Shown: positions 49,349-61,612 of the stretch, piece by piece
Layout: each line of letters starts with the position of its first letter
Position numbering within the stretch: the first letter of the stretch is position 1
Source: Perkinsus chesapeaki ATCC PRA-425
Lineage: Eukaryota > Protista > Perkinsozoa
Assembly (NCBI GenBank): GCA_013115145.1
Contig: JAAPAO010000130.1
Span: 2,914-66,913 of the forward strand
Length of the DNA stretch: 64,000 nucleotides
Direction of reading: 5' to 3'
Translations under genes and position numbers: made by a program
Notes under the pieces: model-generated
What the model saw: the letters and a program-made list of their open reading frames with translations, nothing else
What the model was told of the DNA's origin: nothing
Databases searched by the model: none

Positions 49349-49946
49349 TAGGTGCTTCGTATTCCGATGTTTTTGCATGTTGTTTGCTGTTCATTGGGTG
49401 TCTGAATATATGCCATTGGAGCTGCGTTACCAATGGTAACTTACAAGTAGTGGTTTCACATCACCTCTCGAAACTTACCACTTTTTGAGAGGGTTTAACT
49501 CAGGGTTTGAACCACCCTTCGCGTACAAGAGTGGACTATGTGTGTTGTAAATCCAGGGATACTCGGAACCGTCATCAATTATTGATGGACTCAGACAACT
49601 TTCATGGCTTTCTGCTGGGCGAATATCGAGCATTGTTATAACGCTGTATCCTAGTAAGGTCGAATAGATCTGCGCTATCTGGGCCATAAGTTAAACTTCG
49701 TATTGCTATTTTTTCAAGCACTACAGGTGTTGCTAATTTTTATGAAATTCCGTGGCAAATTAACAGCGACCGGACAATCGGCTCTCTCTCAAGTGATAAC
49801 TCATTTGGCAAAGACACGCGGCGCCAGCAGTAAGGACCGAAGATTTGCTGTCGTCAACATTAAAATATCCCCCACTGAGTGAGATCGAAAGATTCTCTTT
49901 TTCGCACTCGCTAGATTAGCTCAGATTCACATTGGGATGCTCCGCC

Positions 49947-50540
49947 ATGGATGATGGCTCACCCGAGACCTGGGTCCACCTGGCCGCTGATTCTGTGTTC
50001 GACTTGATAGAATGTGAGAGCTTAAGAGAAGGCAACTATATTGATATGGTAGGCGGTGTGGTATGTTTCTGCCTGCCAATCTTTCTGGTTCAGATCGCCA
50101 GCGTGGAAAATCTATTGGCGGCGGCAAAAGGCCTTAATTCGAGCACAGCTACTGAGATACGTTTGAGAAATAAGTCGGGGTAGGCTTCGCCATGCAGCAT
50201 GGCCCATGCTCAATGCATATCTTCATGAGGTATAACAGCATTATCCTTTGTGTTGCCTTTACGCATACTCAACATTTAAATCGACGCAATTCTCAACGGT
50301 CTTCCGAGTCGGAAGTTTTGGCCGCATAACGTAAATATGAGCTTATCTATTCTCAGTCTGGCAGTCCTTGCCTTCACGTACTCCATCCCTCAAGCCTACG
50401 ACCCCACTGTTGGCGGTCAGGCTTTCGTTAAAGCGTTCTACGATGTGCCGATCTCCTTGGTAGGCCCAGTCAGACCGAACAGTTATTTTCGTTTGCCAGA
50501 CTCAGAGGAACCCTGTCGCCATACCGCAGCTTGCTGAGGC
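49947..50540 (+). CDS. Multi-exon hypothetical gene
   Basis: MDDGSPETWVHLAADSVFDLIECESLREGNYIDM|gtagg..cag|IASVENLLAAAKGL..., then LAVLAFTYSIPQAYDPTVGGQAFVKAFYDVPISL|gtagg. Confidence 0.4.
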
Positions 50541-50551
50541 AGACCTTCAGG

Positions 50552-51664
50552 TTAGATATTGATTGATAGAAGCATATTTGAGCTCTCTCGGATCCTTAGT
50601 TCAGCTTCGCTGATCTTGAGGGGTGTCGAAGAAGTATTGAAACATTGAAGCGTGCGATGGGCAATAAACTCGAAAAGTAGGTGGTGGAGCTTTGTCAGTG
50701 TCACCTTTAACACGTCCTTATCGAATGCATATTTATCATGCACCGCTCAACACGCACATTCTCACCAACTACGGTTTTTTGACATGTGCAATTTTCAATT
50801 CTCTCACCTTGAGATGTTTCATCGTAGGCGCGAATTTCACTTCTCAGCTCCTCGTCGTTCACGAGAATCCGAAAAAACTGTGCATGCCGTCACGTTACGC
50901 CAAACTTTTATGCCAGTTGGGCATAGCCTACAACACTTCATTCCGCTAGGGACCTCCGTTTCCAGATGCACGCTTAAAATGAGTCCCTCGGCTAACCCAG
51001 GAGAAGGCGGTCAAACTGTTAAAGTGTCGATATCATCATCAGTAAGTCTCATATGACTCACTTCGTTGGTATATATCCTCCTTTCAGTCTCCGATGACTA
51101 CAATGTCCATTGCTTACTCTGGCCTTTCCGTCTTGCAAGGGTGAGTAGGCCCTCCCGTTTATGCCTCGGTGAATCTGCATTTACAGGGAGCCTGGTTCGC
51201 AAGGAGAAGCAGCAGCTCTGACTGGCGTCATTACCAGGCCACTGTGAGGCTCGCTGGAGCTGTATAAGGCATCCGCCTCTCCCGCGCATCTTTTGAACCT
51301 CTAACTCAGAAGGGGAAGATTTAGGCTAAAATTTAGAGGCTCGGAACTGACTCCGAGTTCTAGCTGCTGTAGACCTAACTGGAGCATTAAATGTATCAGA
51401 AATTTGGTATAACAATATTTTTGCTTCTTGGCACTTTCCATAATCTCATCAGGTATTTCTCAGGTCAGTAACTGTGGCGACTAAGAGGCTGTTGAACATG
51501 GTCAATGTTTCTAATGTGAAGTTGGATGACTCCCCGGTTATTATGGTATCTCCGTTCTTACCTAGAACTAGACTACACTTCTCAGGTATGTGCTGAATAC
51601 TACCTATCTCTGGTCCTACTACTGCAAGGCAACATGGGGCGAATAACTTCCGTTTTACCAGCAC
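50552..51664 (-). CDS. Possible multi-exon hypothetical gene
   Basis: Terminal exon DVLKVTLTKLHHLLFEFIAHRTLQ...SINI* and internal exon FFRILVNDEELRSEIRAYDETSQ|gtgag. Confidence 0.35.
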
Positions 51665-52239
51665 TTTTACCTGAATAATTTCTTAATAGGCCATTGTTGC
51701 GTTGGGCCAATAGTGAACCTGTGGGCAATTTTTCTTCGATGCTCCTTAGTGCATTCCTACGCTGCTATATGGTCCTTGTGGTGTTCTGCTGTGATACATG
51801 TTCCTTCCTCTACGTACCCCTTCCTCACTTATTTCCCTACGAGGCCCCTTTCTCTACAGTATTCTGTTAGCCCCCTTCCTTTTCGTTTATCGTGTGCATT
51901 CCCTACAGCATGGGCGGTCAGATTGCTGCTTCAGCTTTGAGCTCTCTTCGCACCTCCGCTCATGTCGCACCGCCTCCTTCTACCACTTCAGCTACTAGTA
52001 TATCTCACCACTGCCCTCCGCACCTCATCTGGGAGTTCCGCCAGAGAGACTGCGCAGGTTTGATTTCTGTGTACCTATTGGGTTTCGTACCTGGTCACGT
52101 GTTAGAATATCGAAAGTGATGACACGTGTAGCTTGACCTGGCAGAATGCCGGCAACGACAAATCGAAAACATTACACCGCCTCCGCATTAAGCCGGTAAG
52201 TACTTAAGGTGACGATAGGCTGAGCTCAATTACAGGTAA

Positions 52240-53194
52240 AGACAACTGTGACTGCAAAGAAGAACAGAGGTGGCCATTTTGAACTGGACACCGTCACCAC
52301 GTGGACGACCAAGGACGAGTACGGCTTAACAGTGCCAGCTGCTTGTTTGTTCCACCTAGATATTGTCCTTCACTTAGAAGGAGCTTATCGGGTAGTATTA
52401 CTACCTTACTCTCAGGCTGAATCCGCAAGTCCATCACTACCTACGCCTCGACCCTTTAATTAGCCATCTTAAGAATTCTCCACGACAGGAGACATGCCAG
52501 AAGCAGATCTTTGCATGGGGAAAATACATCCACGACAAGAACACCATTTCTAAGCTCAGCGGAGAGAATTACACTGCTGGCGTCTCTGACTACAACGCTC
52601 CTCTTTTCATCGGATTAGTTCCTGATGTTTTGGTTGCCGAGGGCAAGTGGCGGATGGAAGGGCAGCAGCTGTTCTCTAACGCTCCGCCAGAGGCAGACCT
52701 ATTCGCAGGCCAAGTAAACCCGGTAGGCAGCACACCTGTTGACACCGCTGGTAGCTGGTTCATTCCAGGCTCTTCCGGAGGTCAGAGTTAGTATGTGGTG
52801 GAATCCCCCTCGCAAGAGATTCGAGATCGCCTCGGTCCTTGAAGAATACAAGTTTCAGTAGGAGCCAAGTGCTTGCAACCTCGAGTCGAGGCCCTCAACT
52901 ATCTTTCTCAGGGATCATTACCTTTGGCAATCAAGCCGTGATTCTGAGCTGAAGAAAAAGTTGAATGGCATCACCGTTCCAGAGGGCAACCCGGACAGAG
53001 CTAGCGCTTGCGAGAATCTTGCTAAATACGGAGAGTCCTGTTCAAATGCACCTGATTCGCGAGCTAAGGAGACGTATCTTAAGCTTGACTCCCGAGCTGA
53101 CATCGAGACTAAAGCTGTTGACTCAGTTCTGGTTGTTCTGGGCTACCTCACTGGCTGGCCTGATATTCTGGAAAAGTACACCTCGTTGGCATGA
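52240..53194 (+). CDS. 3' part of a multi-exon hypothetical gene
   Basis: AKKNRGGHFELDTVTTWTTKDE|gtacg, NTISKLSGENYTAGVSDYNAPLFIGLVPDV..., and last exon NGITVPEGNPDRASACENLAKYGESC...KYTSLA*. The 5' end was not found. Confidence 0.45.
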
Positions 53195-53320
53195 AAGGTT
53201 TTTATTGATTGTTGTTAAGGTGTACATGTGTATAAGAATAATGATGTTGGCACCTATTGAGTTGCGTGAAGGCAGTCTTCTATTCGATCAAATAGTATCC
53301 ATCTGGCTATGATCTAGCGG

Positions 53321-53929
53321 CTATGGAGAGAAGTCAGTTGGCTTAGTAATACCCCGTATTGGTAAACACCCTCGAATACACCTCGCCATCGGAAGCCCAG
53401 ACTTATTGGCAAGTGAGTCATCTCTGAAGTAGGAGAATCTTCGGCCTGTCCCCTGCCGCACTCGATGTATAACCGTGATGCAACTTCTTCTCGGCCTGCG
53501 AATGCCGAGTTTGATCAGGACCATCGAGGTTAGTAGCAAGATACCGCAACCGTCTGAGGTATGCCGGCATCTCCTCGTTCAATAAGCTATGACTGGGAAG
53601 TCACGCTTAGGATGGGGACCTTTATGCACATGAACCCACACAGCTACACGACTGGGATAGCTTTCGAACGTTCTATCGTCTCACTTGGGCGGCCCAGGCT
53701 GGGCCTACCTCGTTTCGATGTCATCGCAGCTACTATCGTGTAGGTGCTGCTGATGTGCTAACTCGGCAGCACTGTATCTTGCATCTACGTGTGATCCATC
53801 AAGGTTCTTCACTAGTTCTGATAAGTTGTCAGTGATTACGCTACTATTAGTAATGCTATCATAGCGCAAGTAGTTCACTGAGGTAGGATATTCAAACTCG
53901 TACAACTCAAGACATACTACTAGTATCAC
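53321..53929 (-). CDS. Possible spliced hypothetical (secreted?) protein
   Basis: ORFs 53705-53929 (hydrophobic start ILVVCLEL) and 53321-53539, with GT-AG sites between them. Confidence 0.3.
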
Positions 53930-54033
53930 AGCAGTTATGACTCAGATATCAAAGTGTTCAATAACCTACCGTGCAACAACCGTGTCATTTCCAGCTTCAC
54001 CTCTGCGTTCTTGTACTGTCACATTCCTCGCTA

Positions 54034-56153
54034 CTATCGTACTAGAACCCTTCGGCCCCTTATTCCGGATCTTCTCGATGGTTGTTCCCATTTTTCTGGA
54101 CCTCTTACCACTGCCGGAGCTCTCACACTGTGTACCTTTTTCACCGTGGTCTCCTCGACCCTCACTGCTGTTCCATTTCCCTTCACATAAAGGCTGTCAT
54201 CAGAAGGGCGTTTTTCCGTTGACCAAGAAGTGCTTCCTCGCACTGGCAGCAAGTGCTCTTCAATGAGCGAGGGTTCGTCAAGAGCCTCTAGGCTTCCGCG
54301 TGTAGAAGGGATGCTACTTTCGGCCATGTACTGAGATACCCTTTCGCTGTCGACCGATACCTGCCCACCGAGGCAATGGCTGCCAACGGAAGCTGCCGCA
54401 AGGCCCTTGGATAGTTGTGATGGCAAGTGCTGAGCTCTTAATGTGTGCGACCGCTCCTCCTCGAGTTTGTGGATGAAAGACTCACTAAGCTCGCCGTACA
54501 AGCTTAGCTGGTGTACCGGTACGGTGCTGAGACACCGCTTGGCTTCCGTTTGCCTCCAGGGACAGGTGGGTCTCAACCCAATTCCACCGAATGATTCTTT
54601 TCTACTATTAACAAGCCTTCTTGACCATTGCGGTTTACTGGGGAGCACCTTCCCCTTATTATTGTTCACACCAGATCGGCAGCTGGATGTCGATTCGCTC
54701 AGTCTCAGCACGGATGAAGCTAAGATACTCATCCCGGAACGCGAAGAGCTTCTCGATTCGTGTTCGAAGATAAGTTCTGTGACGTCAGACTTTGAAGTAG
54801 ATCTTGAGAGCGCCATGTTTTCTCCAGGAGCATCTTGGGCTTGAGCATGCTCTGTAGGCGGAATACAACAGTTTGTCGGTGAATGATGAGGCGCCTCGTC
54901 CATTTCAACTTCATCAAACCTGCGGCCTCCCATAACCATATTTTCATCTTCTAACGTATCGCTCTTCACAAGGGTCTCTTCACTGGCAAACGTATCGCTC
55001 TTCACAAGGGTCTCTTCATTGACAAACGTATCGCTCTTCACAAGGGTCTCTTCATTGACAAACGTATCGCTCTTCACAAGGGTCTCTTTATTGACAAACG
55101 TATCGCTCTTCACAAGGGTATCTTCACTGTCAAACGTATGGGTTTTCATGAACATATTTTCACTCTCTAACTCCTCGCTTTCCGCCAAAATGTCTCGCTT
55201 TTTAAATCCGGCATCCTCCAGGAGCGTCTCTTCATCCTTGGGTATTTTTTCACTAAGGTTCTGCGTCAAGTAGAGCGATTCACTGCTAGCATGTATCTTC
55301 GAGCCTAGCGTCCGCACAACGGGCTCTGTCTTTGACTTCTTTGTTTCACTCTCATCTTTCCTGGTAGGCGGAAATAGTATTTTTACCTGAGACGTGGCAA
55401 ACTTTCTATTCGCTTCGCCCATCTGCCCACCTTGGCGAAGCTCTCTGTGAGCTCCTTTGCTGCTGAGTTCCGAATTGCTGAGTGTTGGGCTAACGCGCGT
55501 TCAAAAGCTCCTTTGTTTAAGTATTGTTTCTCATCGTTAATGCCAATAGTGGATTCCACTTCCATCTCCTCCAGTCTCTCCAGTCCCCCTTTGCAGCCCT
55601 CCAATAGCCACCGGACGGCTTCCATCGCTCTCGCGCCTTTTGCTTGATAATCGCGTATTTCCGTCCACCGCATTTTAACCGCTTTCATGTACCCTAAATC
55701 GACTTCCGAATACACCCGGTAGAATTCCTCGGCCGTTTGGTTCACATTTTTCACGGTTTGCTTCGCAGTCTTCTCAATAGCGCTTTGTATCTCGCTTTGC
55801 TCCATTCGACAATCCTTGCACACAGCGCGTTCTCGCTGCCACTCGAGCTCCTGGCCAAGTCTGTCGCGCAGCTGCTGCGTGCTACACATGGCCAAAGCGT
55901 CCGCAGTTTCCTTGGAGCTTTCTAGAAGTGGTGACAGTATCTCGGCTGCAGCGCTCACTAAATAAGCGTTGGAGAGCGGGGCGCATTTTGTGGTGTTCAA
56001 GGCTCGAAGGATCTCCCTGGTCACTCTTGTGTTAAATTCATCTTTCGTTACGTTATTGTCATCCCAATCGTAAACCTTCTTCTTCGCGCTAACATGTTCC
56101 TCAATGAGATCTCCCTCTATAAGGCGAGCCATGACAGCAGCAGAGACATGCAA
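54034..56153 (-). CDS. Hypothetical protein with a coiled-coil N-terminal half and a repeat/low-complexity C-terminal half; 2 exons
   Basis: ORFs 55383-56153 and 54034-55422 are joined in frame by a 44-nt GT-AG intron (gtgggcag...tctcag): ...TESFAK|VKILFPP.... Confidence 0.75.
54953..55140. repeat. Coding 36-bp tandem repeat (five copies plus a partial), peptide VKSDTFVNEETL
   Basis: Units start at 54953, 54989, 55025, 55061 and 55097. Confidence 0.95.
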
Positions 56154-56434
56154 ATGTAACGGTTTCTTGCAATTCTTGCACTCACTTGCATTTTCTCAAC
56201 TTTATCATTGCGCATCCTGGAATTACGTTACGCCTCTTTCAAAGATTGTGTACTAGTATATTATATTTTATAGTATTATTAAATCTTATCTATAGAAGTT
56301 ATCATTATCAAATCGCATTTGCTGTATATGACACTAAATAAAGCTTCTAAACCGGTTAAACCATTGTTCCTCTCAGCCCCTCTTTATTACTATATACACC
56401 GACTATCATACCTTACCATTTATAAAAGCACACA

Positions 56435-59400
56435 ATGCAGTCGAAGCCTCCCGACCATTCAGACAGTCACGTATCATCGGCCTCACCAGCGTTGAGCAGT
56501 CTGAGCAGCACCAGGTCGATGTCTACCACGCTACTGCAGAAACTAAACGGCGCTAGAGCAAAGGCGACCTCTAAGATTCTCGGGGTGGGATTTGGACCTT
56601 TTTCGATGGGAAAAGATATGCGTGTTAGATTCGACGAGGCAAATCGCAAACTGAATCACCGAGGAACTCGACAGCGGTGAAGAGGGTCTCTCAAGTGAGT
56701 GCTTTTGTTCTGGAGGGGATGGATATTACACCGTTGACGTTATTTATATTCCTCATGAAAAATAATTGATTTTTGTTATTATTATTGGTATAGTGAACTT
56801 GATAGAATTATTATTTTATTATTATTATTTGTATAGTGTATCTCCTGTTGATTCACCCTTCTTTATCTTTGTCTTTTATAGTGAACAATATTTTTAACAT
56901 ATATGTTTTCCCTTCTATAAGCTTTATTGTACCGTATTCCTCTCAGGCCAGCAGTCAACGTAACCTGACCGGAGATGACCTTTACTCTCGACGCCCCGAT
57001 CTTGTGCTTGGAACATTGGATGTAGCACTGGTAAAGGGGAAAGATCTACAGGTAGCTCGCCAGCTTAATTAGCGATAAGGGTTGTTAGCAGGCAAAAGAT
57101 CCCTTTGTGGAGATCCATCTGGAGAGCCATAGGCGACGAAGTAGCCACGCGGCAGTTGACAAGTCGTCTGGAAGTAGTATTAGTAATTTGACTTCCCAAT
57201 ACGAATTCCTATTAAATGATTATTCATCTTACTCAATCTTTTCACTTCATTTTCTCGTGGGAGGCTTCTCATTCAACCTTTTGTGTATCTTTTACCTTAT
57301 AATATTAGTATGTCTCAGGCTAAGCAGAATAGCAGCAATGCTATACGTTATTATATACAATGGCATTGCTTACACACTTGGCGTTCATGGTAGCAATATA
57401 AGCATGATCGATAGCAGTAGATGATGTCGTCGCTTGTACACTCAATATACTTTTTCGGCCTTTCGAAGCACGCGAAGTTATATATATGTTAGCAGTAGCA
57501 TTGGTTTTTTTAGGATAGATAATAGCTATGTATAATATCGTTGCTGAGATATAGTTTATTTAATTCGGTCCGCATGAATTCATTTGCGTGACGAGAGGTA
57601 CTTTTGTTTTGTGTCATCCGAAATTTGTGTCCGAAGTATTTTCACCATTTTGGAGCGCATGAAATTCCAGAGGCGTGGTGAGGTAGTGGTTTGTATGTCA
57701 GCTGTGGAGTGGTCTGATGCACGTTGGACCTTGGATGTTACCGATCTTGCCAGCGATCTGCATGTTGTACTTTTTGCATCACATCAGTTTCGGACACCTC
57801 AACCATTAGGGAGAGTTATTGTAATAATAAAGGGATGGATGGGACAGTTATGTGGGAAAATTTCAGATTGGAGTGTAATTTTATAAATCTGCTATTGTAT
57901 CCTTGGAAGGTCAGAAATCACTTGGGCTTGTAATATTTCGGTCCCTTTTGGGAGGCGAATTAGTACTACGGTCGCTGAATGGCTATGAGTTTATATTAAG
58001 CTAGCAGTGTACCTAGGTCACCCTGAATCCGAGGGGAGTATCATATCTATCATACATATATTTATAAATAATATAAGTATCATATAAATACACACTTTTA
58101 TACAATACGCAATTTAGAGTGCTTTCGGTGGTGGTATATTCGAGTATATGGCGACATATCACCGTACGGTTGTTGAGCTTCGCTGTGAGGGTAGGGTATA
58201 TCTACATAATTCAGGCAATCCATTTAGGTAGTATTGCTTGGCCGTGGTATTAGTTAAATTCGATGAGCTGTACTTGCTGTCTAATATGTGGCGAATTACT
58301 ATTAGTAACTATTTTATAGACGTAGTTTATATTAGTTACTATGTATTAGTAATTGCTATTAGTATTGTAAATATAATTATGAAATATACAGTGCGTTCGC
58401 GTTTGTTGGGCAAGTATGATTTTTATTATAATCGAAAATGCAGACGTGGTTGCTTAATTATTCTATATAATGAACAGTTGTATTATGTGAATGGTAGTTT
58501 TATTGTGAAGTGTGTTGGCGGTGTATAGGTACCATTGCCGACCCTTATTGAGGATTCCTGGTCTGGGCATGCGAAGGCGGCGGAGCGAAGCTGGTTTGAA
58601 GTGTACCCTATAACAACGAAAATAGAACAGAAAGCGGGGTGCAAGGAAACACAGGAGTTTTACTCTTGCAAAAAGTACTAAGGTTTGGGAGGAGTTTCAC
58701 GCGCCACGAAAATAGATGATTGGGAGGAAAGATGGTATGAAATTGAGGAGTGGTTGTAGCGGGTAAAGATTGGACGTTTTCCAGCGATTATGGTAGTATT
58801 CATAGGAGGCTGTTTCTGGATAGCAGTTGGCTGGATGGATTCCAGGCGGATTGAAATTTATAGCATTGAAGTGTTGGAGATGTCACATCCACAACACTTG
58901 AATGCTGCAAATGTCAGATGTGGGAAGGACCGGAGCCGGGAAATGAATGGGCGAAAAGGACTTGGGGTATAGAATAATTAAAAGAGTATCGATTTGAAGG
59001 CATTAGTGTAGAGCTGTTGTCGGTGTATTACGTATATAGTGTTATTTAGTAACGTGAAGGCTACTAAAAGGTAGTTGATTGTATTGCATATCTTTATATA
59101 GTTTGTCATGCATTACGGGGGGGGAAGGCTCGCCTGTTTAGATCTGGTAGTGTGAGTATATTTAATATATATTTGGTGGTTCCTGTTATGAGGGAATGTA
59201 AAGCTTGCTATTAGTAAATGACCTACTCGCTTATCACACTTTTACTGTGTTATGCATTTAGTAGAGATGATAGGATTGTCTATTGGGAGATCATCTATAG
59301 ACTGTTTATAGGATTTTGAATTGGGTGTTATTCTTATTAATAATATGAATGTGGTAGTAATGGTATTGATTTAGTCAATACTGTTATTAACAATATATTG

Positions 59401-61463
59401 TATTATTCACTAGGGAATGTAATAATGCTTATAATCGATAATAAGACGAGTATGAACGAATAATTTTTTTCCCGAAATTATCTCTACTTTCTATTAAGAC
59501 TCCTCGAACGTGATCCAACCACAGCAAGCAGTGCTAGATCGCGGAGGCTCGGCCATCACACCCCACACAAAAAAAGGGACAATCGTGGCGGGATTTTTAC
59601 AAGCTGTTTCCGCCCGTCGGATCCCGTGGCCGACCTCCGTGAAATAAGTGAGAATGGCTCCGGCTATAATCCATTTTGCAAGTAATAGGTTTGCTAGAAA
59701 AGGGGAAAATTTGGGAGACGGGGGGAGTTGGGTAAAGTAAATGAGTTAGGTATCTTACAGCAGTACCGAAGTGGCCCGGATCTGGTATGGCTAGGCCGAC
59801 AAAGTCTATCGGCTTTATTTGTCTGGAGGTAATAGCGCTATGATTCGGGTTTTCGGGTTTTCGAGAGTAAATTATTTTCTGTGACTTGATAGGGAATATT
59901 TTGCTATTAAAATTTGTACTATATTTCTGTTCTGTCGTGTGTTAGTATTTATGTTATGCTTCAGCTTGGTCTCCATCTCAATGAGTCGGCGTGGGAGGCT
60001 ATGTTAAGGTCACGTCCATGGTGGCAGATAGGGCCTACTAGGGCCTTGTCAATGGGGAGTGAGGATGATAATGACGATGTAATAGGGGATCGAGGGAATC
60101 GTACATGATAATGCTCAGTATCATTCCTTAGCCAGGGCCACGGACGAAGCTTCGAAAAGCATTCTAAATTCAAATAGAATGTATTTTTTGAGGAATGAAG
60201 GAACCTCAAAAGTTTCTTTGTGGTGAATGTTTCGATAGCAGGCTTTGTTGTATATAACGGGGCGGGTTCCGATAAACATATAGTTAGACTTAAGTGATGT
60301 GGGAGTGTTACTTTTAATAAGTCCTGAGTAAGTCCTGTTACTTGGAAGAGTTCACTGGTTATATATATTCGACTCACTTCAAACGCCTAATGAGAATCAA
60401 GTTGCTGTGGGATAGTATAATCGTTAGGATGTTTTAGGACGAAGATAATATATCAATTGACGATGCATCGAATGGAGGCAAATCTTCTGCAAATAGTCAG
60501 GAGCAGATTCTCCGTGCCGAGTACGAGTTCGAGGCGAACCCCTCCACCATGTATGTCATCCCTCGCCTGAGTGAAGTTCAGGGGGATATGGCGCTCTGGG
60601 CACTTCTCAGAAATTTCCGATTCCTGCTGAAGCGGAATAAAATGCGGGTTCGACGGTTGAAAACAATGGCGCCGTTGTTGAGCTATTTTTTCTCTGCCCA
60701 CGGGCCTTTGGCGATCCTACTCATTATATGGGCATATACGAGCCTGCTGGCGCCAAGGCCGCTGTGGCCGTGGATCTTGCTGGGGTTGCTGTCGGTGAAC
60801 GGAATGATGTCCGCGAGGGACTGGGAGTTCCGGCAGAGAGACGCTTATGTGGTTTGGGAAAGCGATGTGGATCCCAAGGAGAATGCCGATGTGAGATTGA
60901 GAAGAATGTTGGTAATGCTGACAAAGATTAACATAAAGGTGCATCGGTGCTTGAATGTTATAGAGAGAATTCCGACTGCGTGGAACTGGAGCGACCCTTT
61001 AGTTTCGAGGCTGGCGTATATAATAGCGATACCGACGTGCTTGGTGGCATCGTTAATTTTGGCGTTCATTCCATTGCATGTCACTGTTTTCATTATCGGC
61101 ACTGCGGTGATATTGAAGGTGTTCAAGCGGCAGGAAAGGAAAAGGAGGAATGCGGTAGCTCGCTTGGCTTTGGAGCGGGAAAGGAGGCGCTCATCGGTTG
61201 ACTTGGATTCGGAAGATTCTGATCTGGAAGCGTTTGATGATTCTCCAATACATAGAGAAAGAACGGCGGACCTAGCTGGGCGTTCGGGGGGAATGGGAAG
61301 GCATATTCGAAGGGGAGCCAGCATGGTTCGGAATTTCTTCTGGATGATACCGGATGATTATGAGCTGGGGCACCGGTATGTTGCGATGACGCAGAGAGTG
61401 GGGGTGGGAGGAGCGGCTAAGAAAGTGTCCACAGAATTTAGCATTAACCAGCCACAATTGTAA
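56435..61463 (+). CDS. MCTP/FTIP-like protein: C2 domain plus C-terminal PRT_C transmembrane region, multi-exon
   Basis: C2 strands on successive exons: GTLDVALVKGKDLQ, DPFVEIHLESH, WTLDVTDLASDLHVVLFAS...PLGRVI. The last exon (ORF 60549-61463) has ERIPTAWNWSDP, a hydrophobic hairpin and RNFFWMIPD, typical of PRT_C. The middle exons are only partly resolved. Confidence 0.75.
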
Positions 61464-61612
61464 TAACAACGTTGACCTTGTTTGCGTACAATATAATACA
61501 TTCTAATTCCCTTTGCAGCTGTCCTGTCTATATGACAGTTTCAATGTCAAAGATTTGCTACTTGAGTTTCTGTTACGAGAAGAGTGGCTTAGGTGTTTTT
61601 CAATGAGGTGAT

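Noticed and set aside
55383-55422. Overlap of two long ORFs suggesting a programmed frameshift
   Set aside because: A 44-nt GT-AG intron joins them in frame.
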